From: Camelus dromedarius
Lineage: Eukaryota
Reading direction: 5' to 3'
Assembly (NCBI RefSeq): GCF_036321535.1
Contig: NC_087437.1
Coordinates: forward strand, 58,282,001-58,346,000
DNA length: 64,000 nt
This document shows positions 52,440 through 64,000 of this stretch, piece after piece. A program made the position numbers and the translations under genes. The notes beneath the pieces are model-generated. The model ran no database searches. It saw only the letters and a list, made by a program, of their open reading frames with translations, and was not told where the DNA came from. The number at the start of each line of letters is the position of its first letter. Positions within the stretch are counted from its first letter, which is position 1.

Positions 52440-53180
52440 GGGGGAGGTCAGGGTCCCTGTAGCTGCACAGCACAGTTTGGCGCAAGGAAGAAAGGTCCTG
52501 TGTCCTACAGTATGCTTGGATACTTGGCTGGCCACTCATCTGAGCCTGGAACTTATATGTGCTTAAATTAAAGAACAGAGTAAGTTTTGCAATACAAAGT
52601 TTTTTTTTTTTTTTTTGCGCAGAATATTAGTGTCTATTCATACCTCTGCTCTTTGATTTTACTATGCTGCTATATGAAAGGCTGAAAAACTTCTGATTTA
52701 CTTCTGAATCCTGACCTTTTCATGCAGTGTGCTTTATTATATTTTTTGTGTAGTCATAGACTGAGCATTTACATAGTAAAACAAGTATTTTTATAAATTG
52801 GCTTCCTCTTTCTATTCCAAATAGGACATCATATTAACATTTGAAATTTAGTGTATAGGTAAATTATATTATCCATGAACTTCTGGATTTAAAGAAAGAA
52901 TTATAAATGCTTATTATAATAAAGGCATCCTGGGGTTAATCAGTATGAGAAGCATTGCTGTAGAAAATTAAGCAACAGACAAATTCTTTACTTGTCCACA
53001 TGTGCACACAAAATTCAGTGTTGGAATCATTCAAAGAAAAGGACGGTGGTGTGAATCTAAGTCTTAATAAGGAACGCAATCCCAGTAAATTCTCTATTCT
53101 TATGTTTCTATGGAAATCTTAAACTGATTTTCTTTTGACGAGTCATATCAGCTAGATCTTCTTTGTATCTGTCATTGCAG

Positions 53181-53319
53181 ATGGCGTTTAATGATTGCTT
53201 TAGTTTGAGCTATCCTGGCAACCCTCAGCCAGGGGACTTGATTGAAGTGTTCCGTCCTGGCTATCAGCACTGGGCGCTGTACTTGGGTGATGGGTATGTT
53301 ATCAACATCGCTCCTCTAG
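53181..53319 (+). CDS. PLAAT1: PLAAT1 first coding exon (starts exactly at ATG; His30, Asn42)
   Basis: Acceptor ctttgtatctgtcattgcag|ATGGCG; donor CTCTAG|gtaagg; encodes MAFNDC...VINIAPL plus 1 nt. Confidence 0.96.
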
Positions 53320-56300
53320 GTAAGGTTTGTTTCCAGAAGCCCATGAGAGCTTTTTCGTTTTCTTGTCATAAGAAGGCATCGTGAAAAAAATCATAAAGTA
53401 AAACAAACTAGAGATAAAATGTAAAAAGTCGGTAAATCCAGCTGATCTAGGGTTACGGAAGGACATTCTAAGACGAAAGTGGCATTGAAGAAATCCCAAA
53501 AGCCAATTACAGTTGACATTTTAAACACTTTGTATTAAAAAAAAAAAAACCCACAATTAAAAAGTAAATAATCAGCTGGGGGAAATATTTGCCACAAACA
53601 TGACAAGAGTCAGTGTCTTTCTACATCATACAAGTAGATTATTTCAATTCATCAACATCTGTTTTTGAATTTCCCAGTATGTGCCGAATGCTGTTCTAGA
53701 TGCGGGGGATACGTAAGTCTCCCTGCACAGAGGGGCTTACATTCTAGTGGAAGGAGAGAGAGAGAGACCATAAACCAAATACGGAAAGCAATGTTAGATT
53801 AGAGATAAGTGATGTGGAGAAAATAAGTCATAGGAGCAGGATAGGACATGCTGGGGGGTTGTGGAGTGCTGTAGTTTTAAATGAGCTGGGCAGGAAAATC
53901 TCATGGGAAAATAACATTGGAGAAACAGCTTGAAAGAGGCAAGGAAACCCAGGACGTGCTGTTTGAGGAAAGAGTTTCTTAGGCTGAGGGGACAGCAAAC
54001 ACCCGAATCCCAACAAACGAATGGGTTAAAAATTGTGAACAGTCTTTAAAACGTGAAAAGCAAACACCCAAACCCATTTTAAAAGGTTTCAACTTTTTAG
54101 TCATTTAAGAATTATAAAATAAAATGACAGGTTTTGTGCCTCTCATGTTAGCAAAGTTCAACAATTTGGTTAACAATCAGTGTTGATAAAGGTACAATGA
54201 AGTGAACACAAGGATATTGTTGATAGAAATATAACTTGATAAAATCGTTCACAATAACGATTTAATAATATGTATTGAGTCTTAAAGAAATTCATATGCT
54301 CTGACCTTGTACTTTTATTTCTACTAATCTATTCTTGGGAAATATTTTTAGAGATGTTTCTTTAACATTTGCGTATGGGAGTGTTCCCTTCTATCTCATT
54401 TATAATGGTTACAAAAATAGACAATGGATTAATGTTCAGTGAGGAAATGGTGAAATGAATTATGATTTAGCCACAGAATATTAGGTATCTGTGTCTGGCA
54501 GAATATTTTAGTTGCAAGTAACATAAATCAAATTCAAATTAGCTTAAACAAAGAGGCAGATTCATTGCCTCACCGAAGGAAACTACAGAAAGGGTAGAGA
54601 TGCCTGGATCCAGGAGTTTGAACACTGTCACAGCTCTTCACCCCACGTCTGCATTCTTTTCTATATCTTGTCTTCATTATTCCAGGCTACGTCGCTCTAA
54701 GAAGCCGAATTGTTGACCATAAGCATCCTTCGGCTCTCATACTTATAGTCTCAACAGGAGAGAGCGAATTCTTGCCTGTTGCAGTTAGAAAAATCACGGA
54801 GAATGACTCTGTAATTGTCCAGTGTGGGTCCCATGTCCCTCACTGAACCATCACTGTACCCATGAGAATGGGATAGTCTGAGTGGCCTAGACAAAGTCTT
54901 TTCCAGAAAGAAAGAAGTGGTATTAAGATAGGTGCTAGGTAGACAAAAACAGTAGCTCCTTTAAGAGCTAAAAATCATTTCTAGACATTTTTAATTGCAT
55001 GCAAGATGGTCTTGTGTGATAGTTATTTGAAAATTCCAGACTAAAAAGGCATTCTGTAATATGATACCCGGTTTGCAAAGAAATCATATATATCTACACC
55101 TACATGTGAATACACACATACACGCACACATACATGTGATACTAAAAGACAATAGAAGTACATCAAAATAATAATTGTAATTATTTCTGGGTGGCAGGAT
55201 AATGGGTGATTCATATTTATGTGTTTATGCTGTATTTTTCTGTATTTTCTAGATGTTTAGAAATGAGCACAAATTAAGAAAAAAATGTATGCAAATAACA
55301 AATAGACTAGAGCATATTTTTCCTTGAGATGCTTTTTAAAAATGTGTTTATAAGCCTAAGTCTTACTATCTTGAGAGCTGAGAATTTTTAATGAAATGAT
55401 TTTTGCAATATCTTGAGATATCTGCCTCTTATTCTACAATTCTGGAAATGGAAATTGTGACTAAAACAACATTTATGATACAGAACCGCTCATTCTGCAG
55501 AGTCTAGTGATTAGCAAGAAGCAGTTCTTTACATTATCTCTGCAGTTTTCACATTTGGAAAATTATATGAGGTTTCTGTCCTGTTTCCTTATTTTCACGT
55601 CTAGCTGCACATTAATGTGGTTCTAGCACTGAGCTTTGATCTTGTAGACTGAAATTAAAATTGCACTTCTGTTAATTACTCATAAGATATTCTGTAGACC
55701 ACTTTATCTCCCCAAGCTTCAATTTTCTCATCTGTCTATTGATTGCGTCAAACTAGTCAAAAAAAGAAGCTTAGTGATTCTAACTAGAATATATGTGTCC
55801 TATGAACTTGTAATATGGAAGAACTTTCAATGTGTTAGGTATTACCTGGAAATGCCGCTCCAGTGAAAAGGAGTTTGGAGGATAGAAAAAAAAGAGGAGT
55901 GGAAAGAAAACGTGTTTAAACGCTGGTTATACAGAGACCCTTCATCTCATGCTTTACGTGGACGGTGGCCAAGAATAGCATTCTTGAGCGGATGGAGAGG
56001 GCCTGGGGCCTGGCGTTAAAGCTGAACGCTGAGGAATCATTTGTCCAGCATCAGATGCCGACCCCGGCAGGCCAGGATACAGATGGAATGGTAGGGTATG
56101 GGGTGTTGTAACAGGTAGGTAGGGCACTGGAAGGGGCCACATACAGTGGACAGTGTCTACTGCATTAGGTTTAATGTTAGGACTTAGCTTCTTGGCTCAA
56201 AGAACTAGCAAGACAAAGGCAGGGCCCCAGGCTGACCCTAGCTGACCCCTTAGAAGACTGGGGTCATGTGCAAGTTTCAAACTGAAGCCTTGTTGAAAGA

Positions 56301-59300
56301 ACATGTGTAAATGCAGAGATGGGGGTAAAGAGTGTGGCTTAGATGCAAGATGAGTGCTAAAGCCCAATGGTATTAGTTTGGAAAGGATTCAAATGCTGAA
56401 AAAGCAGCTGCCTTATAGAAAAGGAGGCAATGATCTTATCCATGTTATGTTAGAAACATACGCCAAGATCCCTAATAATGATACCAATTGAGAGAGAGCT
56501 TACTCCTCAAGAATGGGTAGAGTTTTCACACCCAGTGATACACATTTTCAAAAAGTTTTCTTCTGTTCTCACTCATACAGAATTGTACAAGTGTGATTGA
56601 TAAATTAGAGCACGAGTGTTTAAGGTTAGTAAGATAAAGTGGGTTCTGGTTTGAGGATGGGTTAGGAAGGCATCGCGGTCCCCTGGGCCGGGTTGCTTCA
56701 TCTTGCTAACCAGAATTCTCCTTACAGAGGATGGCGTCCCCGCATCGTTCACAAGCGCCAAGTCTGTGTTCAGCAGAAAGGCCCTGGTGAAGATGCAGCT
56801 TTTGAAGGATGTTGTGGGAAATGACACATACAGAATAAACAATAAATACGATGAGACGTACTCCCCTCTCCCCATGGAAGAGGTCATGCAGAGGTCAGAG
56901 TTTGTTATTGGACAGGAGGTGGAGTATGACGTGTTTGTCAACAACTGTGAGCATTTTGTGACTCTGCTCCGCTACGGAGAAGGCGTTTCAGAGCAGGTGA
57001 GTTTTCTTTGGGAGAAATAGAAGTTTCTTACATTGGGGAAAAAAAAAACTGCTGACTATGATAAAGTTCTTAGGTCTCAAACAAATTGAAAAGAATAAGA
57101 AAATATGAGAACACTGAAGGACAAAGAAGGGAATCGAGGGGGCTCCAAGGGCATTCAGCAAGTTAATGACCCAACTGAGATTAGAACATTCATAGCATGA
57201 ATTTGGGGCTAGAAGGGACCTGAAGCAGAATCCAGACCATCGCTTTCTCTCCATCTTATTGCTCCCTGTCCTTCCATTGTTTTCCTGTCACTCCACCATA
57301 CAGCAATCAAATCAGTAACTCCATAAACTGAAAAGAATATGCTGGAAAAGAATACTGACTGTTTTGATTGGGAGTTCACGTGCCGAGAATTAGATGGTAT
57401 TACTGAGATTCTTTTCCATTAGCTGATAGAAGCCGAGATAATGATGCCATATTTTGGTGGGTTTGTAGATGTCTTCTGTTTCCCTGCCATGCTGGTTTCA
57501 AAGAAATGTTGTGCTTTTAAACAGATCCTTTGATTCGTTATAGAGCTTTTGGATGATTTTTAGTGGATTAGTTGACTTTATTTGTAAAGTAACTTACAGT
57601 TTTGTTATTTACCATCACTATTTGTAGCATGGCAGATTCCTCACTGAAAGCAGCTGGATTCAGTTGTCCTTTCCCTATCTTCCCACCAATCCAATTCCAT
57701 CATTGATGGTTTCACCTAAGGATTTATTAAAGTGGTATAAGACAACGAATATATGAAGGCTTCCAGTATCGCGAACTGGTGGATCTGTTATATAAATGTC
57801 TATGCTAAGGAATGAAGTTACAATTCTTCTCACGAAAGCTTGGGGAAATGGGAGACGGAACATAGTGAAAGGACACATTTGTTTTTATTAAGAAATAATT
57901 TAATTGGAAATTCATTTTTATTAGGAAATACATTACCATAATGAATGTTCTGTTCACATTCTATTCACCATAACTTGCTTCTAAGCCAAAATAAAGAGGA
58001 CATACACACAAATTTCTGCTCACCTTTGCATTGAAAACTAGTGGTGTAGCTGGGAAATAGACTGTGTCCCTCTCCTTTGTTACTGATAAAGTTGTCCACC
58101 ACACTCAATCAGCAATTTTTAAAATGTAGCTAAATTAAAAAGAATTAGAGCCATCTTTTTGCTTTGACTCTCACTTGTAATCTATCATCTTTTCACCTTT
58201 CATATCCAGATCAAGAGCAAGGAGAAATTAACCACTTTTCAACAAATAGTAGAACTGTGTCCAGCAGTGTCTGATGAAGATGGTACAGTGACAAACTTAA
58301 GAGCACACCTAAGCTTTGGAATTTGCTAATCTGAGCTAGAATTCCATCGTCACCACTCCTTAGGGGGATGACTTTGGGCACATTGTGGGCACGTTGTTTA
58401 TCAGTTTCCTAATCTATAAACCGAGGTGGTTTTGTAGCTTGCAGGAGATTTTAAAAGTCTCTTAGCATACTGTATTACATATTCTCCATGCCGGCAAAAG
58501 GTGTGCTTTCAAAGATACTATGTTTAATTTCAGTATCTAGCAATTTTATAGATCTTTGTTGAGAATCGCTGGTGATCTAACAGAAACTTAGCCTTTGAAT
58601 TATTATTTTTATTACTATCAATAATTGATAGTGTTAGTACTAATAATAGCTAGTATTAGATTCATTTTTTGGATGCCTTTAAAGTCTTAGGGGTCTTGAG
58701 CATGGAACAGTTTCCTTGGAGAATGGCTATGTATTTCCCCAACTTAAAAAACTATAAATGCATGGGAAAGTTAGAAAGGTGGAAGTATTATGGCTCCATC
58801 TTTTTCTTCTTTGTACTTTTCTGTATTTTTAAAGAAATGAGTAGATTTTATTTTTTAGAATATGCCACCCCCAAATTCGTCACTTTGGCATAAGGATTAT
58901 TTTGAGCAATTGAGAGGCAATTGAAAAGAAGCAGATACAAAAAAAAGCTCCTTGCCCTCCCCCTAGTTGCCTAAAATCAGGACATAAGTTTTCAAAGATG
59001 TCCCTCCTCCTCTCACTACCAGAAAGGACAGAAGTGAACCATCAGGGACAATCAGTCGTTAATGTAAGACCTGTATCAGCCTAGAGAGGGCACCAGAGGA
59101 ATCCACACGACAAAACACTAACTAGCCTCTGTCCACCACTCGTTGCCTGTCTGTTTACCTTCCCACAGTTTGCAGCCCTTGGAAGGTGAACCACTTTCCT
59201 TTGTCCTGTCATTTCTCTACAAATTTATTGCTTTTTGTTGAAGATGCTATGTAAGCCTGAATTCTAAGCCACCTCTTTGAGTTACTCTTCCCTAAATTTC

Positions 59301-62300
59301 TCCCATGTGTATATAGATGTACATGGTAATAAACTTCTGTTTATTTTCCTCTTGTTAATGTTTCATATTGTAGAGCTTCAGCCTAGAACTTAGATGGGTA
59401 AAGAAAAAAATTTCCTCCTCTAAAATAGTTAACATTAGGATTCACTTTTTGTGTTGTACATTCTGTGCGTTTTGACAAATACATAATGACATGTATCCAT
59501 CATTACAGTATCGTACAGAATAATTTCCTGGCCCTAAAAGTCCTCTATATTTTGCCTATCATTTCTCCCTTCCCCTAAACATCTGGCAAACACTGATTTT
59601 TTTTTTTTTACTGCCCTGTAGTTTACCTTTCCAAGAATGTCATATAGTTGACATCATACTCAGCAATATGCACTTCAAATTCCTCCATGTCTTTTCATGG
59701 TTTGATAGCTCATTTCTTTTTATCAATGAATAATATTCCATTGTCTTGGATGCGCCATAGTTTATTTATTTACTCATCTACTGAAGGACATCTTAGTTGC
59801 TTCCAAGTTTTGGTTAATTATGAATAAAGCTGCTGGAAACATTTGTGTGTAGGCTTTTTTGTGGATGTAAGTTTTTGACTCATTTGGATAAATACCACAG
59901 AGTATGATTGCTGGATCATATGATAAGAGTATGTTTAGTTTTGTAAGAAACTGCTAAATTGTCTTGTAAGTAATTGTACCATTTCACATCCTCACCAACA
60001 ATGAATGAGAGTTCCTGTTGCTCCGCATCTTCTGCAGGATTTGGTGTTTTGGAGGTTAGCCATTCTGATAGGTACATAGTGGTATTCCATTGTTGTAATT
60101 TGCAGTTCCTTAAATATGTATCATGTTGAACATCTTTTCATTTGCTGGCTGCATATTATATGCAGTGATGTGTCTCTTGAGATCTTTTGCCCAATTTTAA
60201 TTGTATTGCTCGCCTGTTTTCATGTTGTTGAGTTTTAAGAGTTCTTCACATGTTTTGGATAACAGTCTTTTATCAAATATGTCTTCTGCAAATGTATTCT
60301 CCCAGCCTGTGGCTTGTCTTTTCTGTATTATAAAAAATTTCTCAAGTCAGCGTTTCTCACTGTTAAAGTCTTAACAGGTTATTAAAATGTGTGTATCTTT
60401 GTGGAAGTTGGCAGCACCCTCGAGTGGGCCTGGACAAAGCTGACTGTCTTTCATTGCATAGGACTGCAGCCTTAGAGTGTTGGGGGCCAAGGCATTTTGA
60501 TAAACCCTATAGTCATCTTTGACCAGCTGCACTGATACCTGGACCCGGCTGCTTCAGTTAACTAACGTTTTCACTGGGCATGTATGGATCCTCAGAATGA
60601 GGTCTGTATTACAGCCCACACACAGAAAGCCCTGTAGAGGAAGAAACGTGCAGAATAGGATTTGGTGATCTTATAATCTTATGTAAGCCATGAAGTAAAA
60701 GATCTCATGCAGACCGGTTCACCACAAACGTCCTGGGATGTTATAATCTTGCAGGTCAGATCCCTTACACATAACTCTAAGGAACTGTCCAAATTGCATG
60801 GGATTTTTTTTTCCCTTTAGAATACAACTTGATATAAAAAAAATGCTGAAGATTTGGGAAACTGCATGCTGGAAATGGCTTTATTATAATTGCATCTGGC
60901 CTGTACTATCTCAGGGAATTCTGATTTAGAATCAAGTTGTCTGTCCTCTTAGATTTATGGGATTTATCTCACGTGTTACGTTTCTAGTGGCTGAAAGATA
61001 CCCAGGGGGCTAAGTCTGCATCTAACTGGGGCCACCCCACCCACAGGATCCTGCCTTTCCCAGGGCTGTCCCCTGCTGCCATGTGACACCTCTGTTTAAA
61101 GATACGAGTCACACATTTCTGTTTTTTTCATCGCCTGCCACGTTTTCCTGTATCAGACCACCTGGGACCTCAGCATCCTCCTGGGATTGCATGAGGGTTG
61201 GGCTTGGTCTCTAATTCTTGATCCCTGATTATTGATTCCGTCCCGCTTTGGAATTTTATCCAGTATCTTTTTATCTCCCAGTCTCTTTTTGCTCCCCCTG
61301 TGATCTGGGGGTAACTCTGTGCTGTAGTGAATTCTGACTCTCTCCTGGAAAACAGTTTAGGGTGCAACTAATTAAAAATTACAATAAAAGGAATAATCAA
61401 CCAACCAAATAAGGGAAATCGGAATTGTAACCTAAGGTAGGATTTTTCAGTTGTTTGCCAGCATCATCCTCCCTGGCAACAGGGGTGGTGGCAGAGTGGG
61501 GGGTAACAATTACAGACCTTGTTCCTACAGACAGCAGGATGTGTAATGAAAGGAATACTCCTGCCATGGTGCTTCTGTCATTTTTGCTGTTCCCCACGGG
61601 GAAGCTGCAGTTGGGGAGGGAGCACTATGTGGCATGTGGGGGCAGCAGGCTCAGTGGTGGAGGGCTGAGGGTTAGAGGGAGGGTGTGCTCCAGTGTGGGC
61701 TGGGTCAGGCTTCCCAGCATTTGGGCTGGTCCCCAGAGTCATTTAGGAAAACTGTTTTGCTTTATTTGAAAGCCTGATTCTGAAATCCCAGAGAGCAACT
61801 GTTGTTTTCAGAATACCTGATGACTCTGAAGTATCAGAATGTGACCTTGGGGTCATAAAATTGCACTCAGACCCATGCAGATGGAAGGCAATATGAGTTG
61901 AGTGCCATGAAATCATGAATATTCATCAGATCCCTCATCATGATGATGATTAATATCCTTAAAGCTGTAAATGCCTGAACTCCTTTATGAACAGTTGAGC
62001 TTGCGAGGGGTTTATTTTAGTCTGTCTATATGACAAATTAATTTTGATACAATAGTTAACACCAGTATTGACTTCTCTTGAAGTTTATCAGAATAAAAAG
62101 TGTATCTACCAAATAAGAGTCTATAGGTATTTAGCTCAGATCACACCCCTGATTATTTTTCTAATAGACATTAAGTCAGGGAACACACACATGCGTGCAC
62201 ATGTGTGCACACACACACCCACCCACACACGCACACACAAGATATTCACCCTGGTATAGACTGAACCAAACCAATGTGTGTTTAGAGGATAGAAGTTGTG

Positions 62301-62812
62301 TAGGAGGAGAACATGGTTCAAAACTAAACTATACCTAAACATCTTGGTAATACAACCTCCCTCGGGCAAATCACTCTTAACTTCTCAGTTGTACAAAACA
62401 GGAGTAATGCTACCTCCCAATGGACTATGATGATTAGTAGGAATTGTGGCTTAATGAATTTATAAACTGTCAGGGGCTATAAAGATACGAAGAATATATA
62501 CTTATGTGTATTTTTATCTTTGTCATAATCATAATAATTATAAATTCATTTCATCCTCCCAGGAATTTTAATTTTGCATTGAGCTTAAATTCATCTATTA
62601 TACATTAAAATGGGTCTTTGGTTTAGGAAACAAGCAAAAGCTGGGGTTTAGGACACTCAGATGCCTTTAGAGTAAGATGTGGTTTTTGTTTGTTTCCTGT
62701 TTCCCTATAGGCCAACCGAGCAATAAGTATCATTGGGTTTGTGACGGCTGCTGCTGGTGCCTTCTCATTCCTGGGCTTGTTTCCAAAAAAACTAAGAGCA
62801 AAATACTATTAA
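53181..62812 (+). CDS. PLAAT1: PLAAT1/HRASLS phospholipase A and acyltransferase 1; spliced CDS join(53181..53319,56728..56996,62711..62812), 169 aa
   Basis: Exons of 139+269+102 nt = 510 nt (169 aa plus stop), all introns GT-AG and phases consistent. Translation [173 protein letters not shown]/NlpC-P60 motifs GDLIE, HW, NCEHF; Asn rather than His at the third triad position, typical of PLAAT1. Confidence 0.97.
53640..54012 (-). mobile_element. LINE-2 fragment in intron 2
   Basis: caattcatcaacatctgtttttgaatttcccagtatgtgccgaatgctgttctagatgc; gcttacattctagtgg. Confidence 0.7.
54490..54958. mobile_element. MaLR (MLT1-like) LTR in intron 2
   Basis: ttttagttgcaagtaacataaatcaaattcaaattagcttaaacaaagagg; ccctcactgaaccatcactgt. 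Confidence 0.6.
56728..56996 (+). CDS. PLAAT1: PLAAT1 second coding exon (NCEHF, catalytic Cys120 codon at 56946-56948)
   Basis: Branch-like ctaac then ttctccttacag|AGGATG; donor GAGCAG|gtgagt; in frame with the previous exon. Confidence 0.96.
58857..59423 (+). mobile_element. ERV1 (MER34-like) solo LTR, sense in intron 3
   Basis: gaatatgccacccccaaattcgtcactttggcataaggattattttgag; gctatgtaagcc; aataaacttctgtt (59328); ends ttcctcctctaaa. Confidence 0.75.
59425..60325 (-). mobile_element. Older LINE-1 (L1MB-like) fragment in intron 3
   Basis: gtgttgtacattctgtgcgttttgacaaatacataatgacatgtatcc; caatgaatgagagttcctgttgctcc; gttgagttttaagagttctt. Confidence 0.88.
62183..62239. repeat. Imperfect (CA)n microsatellite
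   Basis: acacacacatgcgtgcacatgtgtgcacacacacacccacccacacacgcacacaca. Confidence 0.75.
62711..62812 (+). CDS. PLAAT1: PLAAT1 last coding exon (hydrophobic membrane segment and basic tail)
   Basis: Acceptor tttcctgtttccctatag|[36 protein letters not shown] then TAA at 62810-62812. Confidence 0.95.
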   Translation, partial: ANRAISIIGFVTAAAGAFSFLGLFPKKLRAKYY

Positions 62813-62937
62813 TTTACTGAAGAGATATTGGAGCCGAAGGAATTTGCGAGGGAAAAAAAAAAACAAACCTGGGATGAATACTTATTTTCAATGCATCATT
62901 ATTGTTTCAAATTCCAGTGATGGATGGCAGGCTCTTT

Positions 62938-62943
62938 AATAAA
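62938..62943 (+). terminator. AATAAA polyadenylation signal, PLAAT1 proximal site
   Basis: Canonical hexamer about 125 nt after the stop codon, followed by T-rich sequence. Confidence 0.65.
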
Positions 62944-64000
62944 TTGCTTACTGGTATTATCTCATCTCTGAGCCACGGACATTTTTCTCCCTCTTAACAT
63001 AGATCTGCTGTGGCGGCTGAACCAAGAAGCAGGAGCCGCTGGAGTGAGCCAGCAGAGGATCTTAAAGTCACATCATAGTTTATCTTCTGTAAATACTGTT
63101 GTCCTTTCCCCTGAGGGTGACTATTTTATATTTGCTGGAGGGATGAAGAACCTTTTATATGTGATTTTGAAAGAAAGTTTAAGAACCTCAAATTGTTTGG
63201 GTTGATATCAAAATTCATAGTCCTTTTCTGGTGAGAAAAGAAACTGGGAAGTTCAGCATTTCATCAGGCAGCTTGAGGAACATTGATCCATAAGCCATCT
63301 GAGGGTGCACGCCCACCTCCTGGCTCCTGTGTAGCTGGTGGCGGGCGTGAATGGGAGAAAGGGGGCTTGCTCCAGTGTTTCAGATCCAGTGATTTCCCTG
63401 GAAGCCGCTCATCTGTCCGGAGGATGTGACAAGTAAGAGTGGGCTGTGGCTTCTGCAGACGCCTTTGTTCCCTCTGGATTTTGAAGTATTTCAAGTTTGA
63501 CCCTTTTAACCTTAGCAGGAGATCATTCAATGTAGGTTTGAGGTGCCGTATTTAGAAAACAACATCCCGTGTTACTTTTGAAGGCTTTTACTCTAAGTCA
63601 AGGAGTGTCAGGATTTTATTCTTGCATTTTGTTGATTACGTGTTGAATGAAACAAACTACTTTTTCATACCTGTCCAGTGGAATTCTTGTTGGCAGCAGG
63701 TGGGGAAAAGTGGATGCAGGTCTCTGTACTCCGGAATTAAATCAGACATTAATAACGTTCTGCTGAAAACCACTCTTCCAGCCAATGACATCCTTCTTGT
63801 GCTGTCATTAAAAGCATGGCATTGAATAAAGGAAAAGTTCAAGTAAGTAACAGGGGATGGGGGTGCAATGAGGGAACTAGGAATATGGTGGATAAAGTCA
63901 CTAAATAGAGGACTCAGTGCAAGTCTTGCATTTATTGAACTGAGTTAGCTTTTACTCCAGGGCCAGAAATACTTTACAATCTAATTGCAGGGTTAAGAAT

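Noticed and set aside
56573..56944. 123-aa minus-strand ORF
   Set aside because: Antisense shadow of the PLAAT1 coding exon with no independent evidence.
63200..64000. ATP13A5 terminal exon on the minus strand
   Set aside because: Expected nearby from recalled human synteny, but no recognisable coding sequence inside this window.
1..64000. CRISPR array, operon or prokaryotic defence system
   Set aside because: The sequence is mammalian; no regularly spaced repeat-spacer array or dense gene cluster is present.

Overview
Mammalian genomic DNA, repeat-rich and CpG-depleted. It is most likely from a camelid: there is a vic-1-like tRNA-derived SINE and many cetartiodactyl-type L1 3' ends, and I saw no Alu, B1, Bov-tA or PRE-1 elements. 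The only protein-coding gene I can support is PLAAT1 (HRASLS, phospholipase A and acyltransferase 1) on the + strand. It has a CpG-island promoter and putative first exon at about 45.0-45.5 kb, and three coding exons (53181-53319, 56728-56996, 62711-62812) that splice GT-AG into an intact 169-aa protein with His30/Asn42/Cys120 (NCEHF) and a C-terminal hydrophobic segment. The upstream 44 kb is intergenic, filled with L1, L2, MIR, hAT and ERV/MaLR LTR remnants, plus a possible decayed retrocopy at about 0.6-1.9 kb. Almost all ORF-track entries are spurious. I found no convincing new multi-gene system. The best leads are the exon-1 architecture (a 103-codon in-frame extension broken by one TAG, uORFs, donor-dependent Kozak context), two intronic LTRs that could regulate PLAAT1, and several informative transposon insertion structures. 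Repeat subfamily names and human/mouse comparisons are from memory, and repeat boundaries are approximate.
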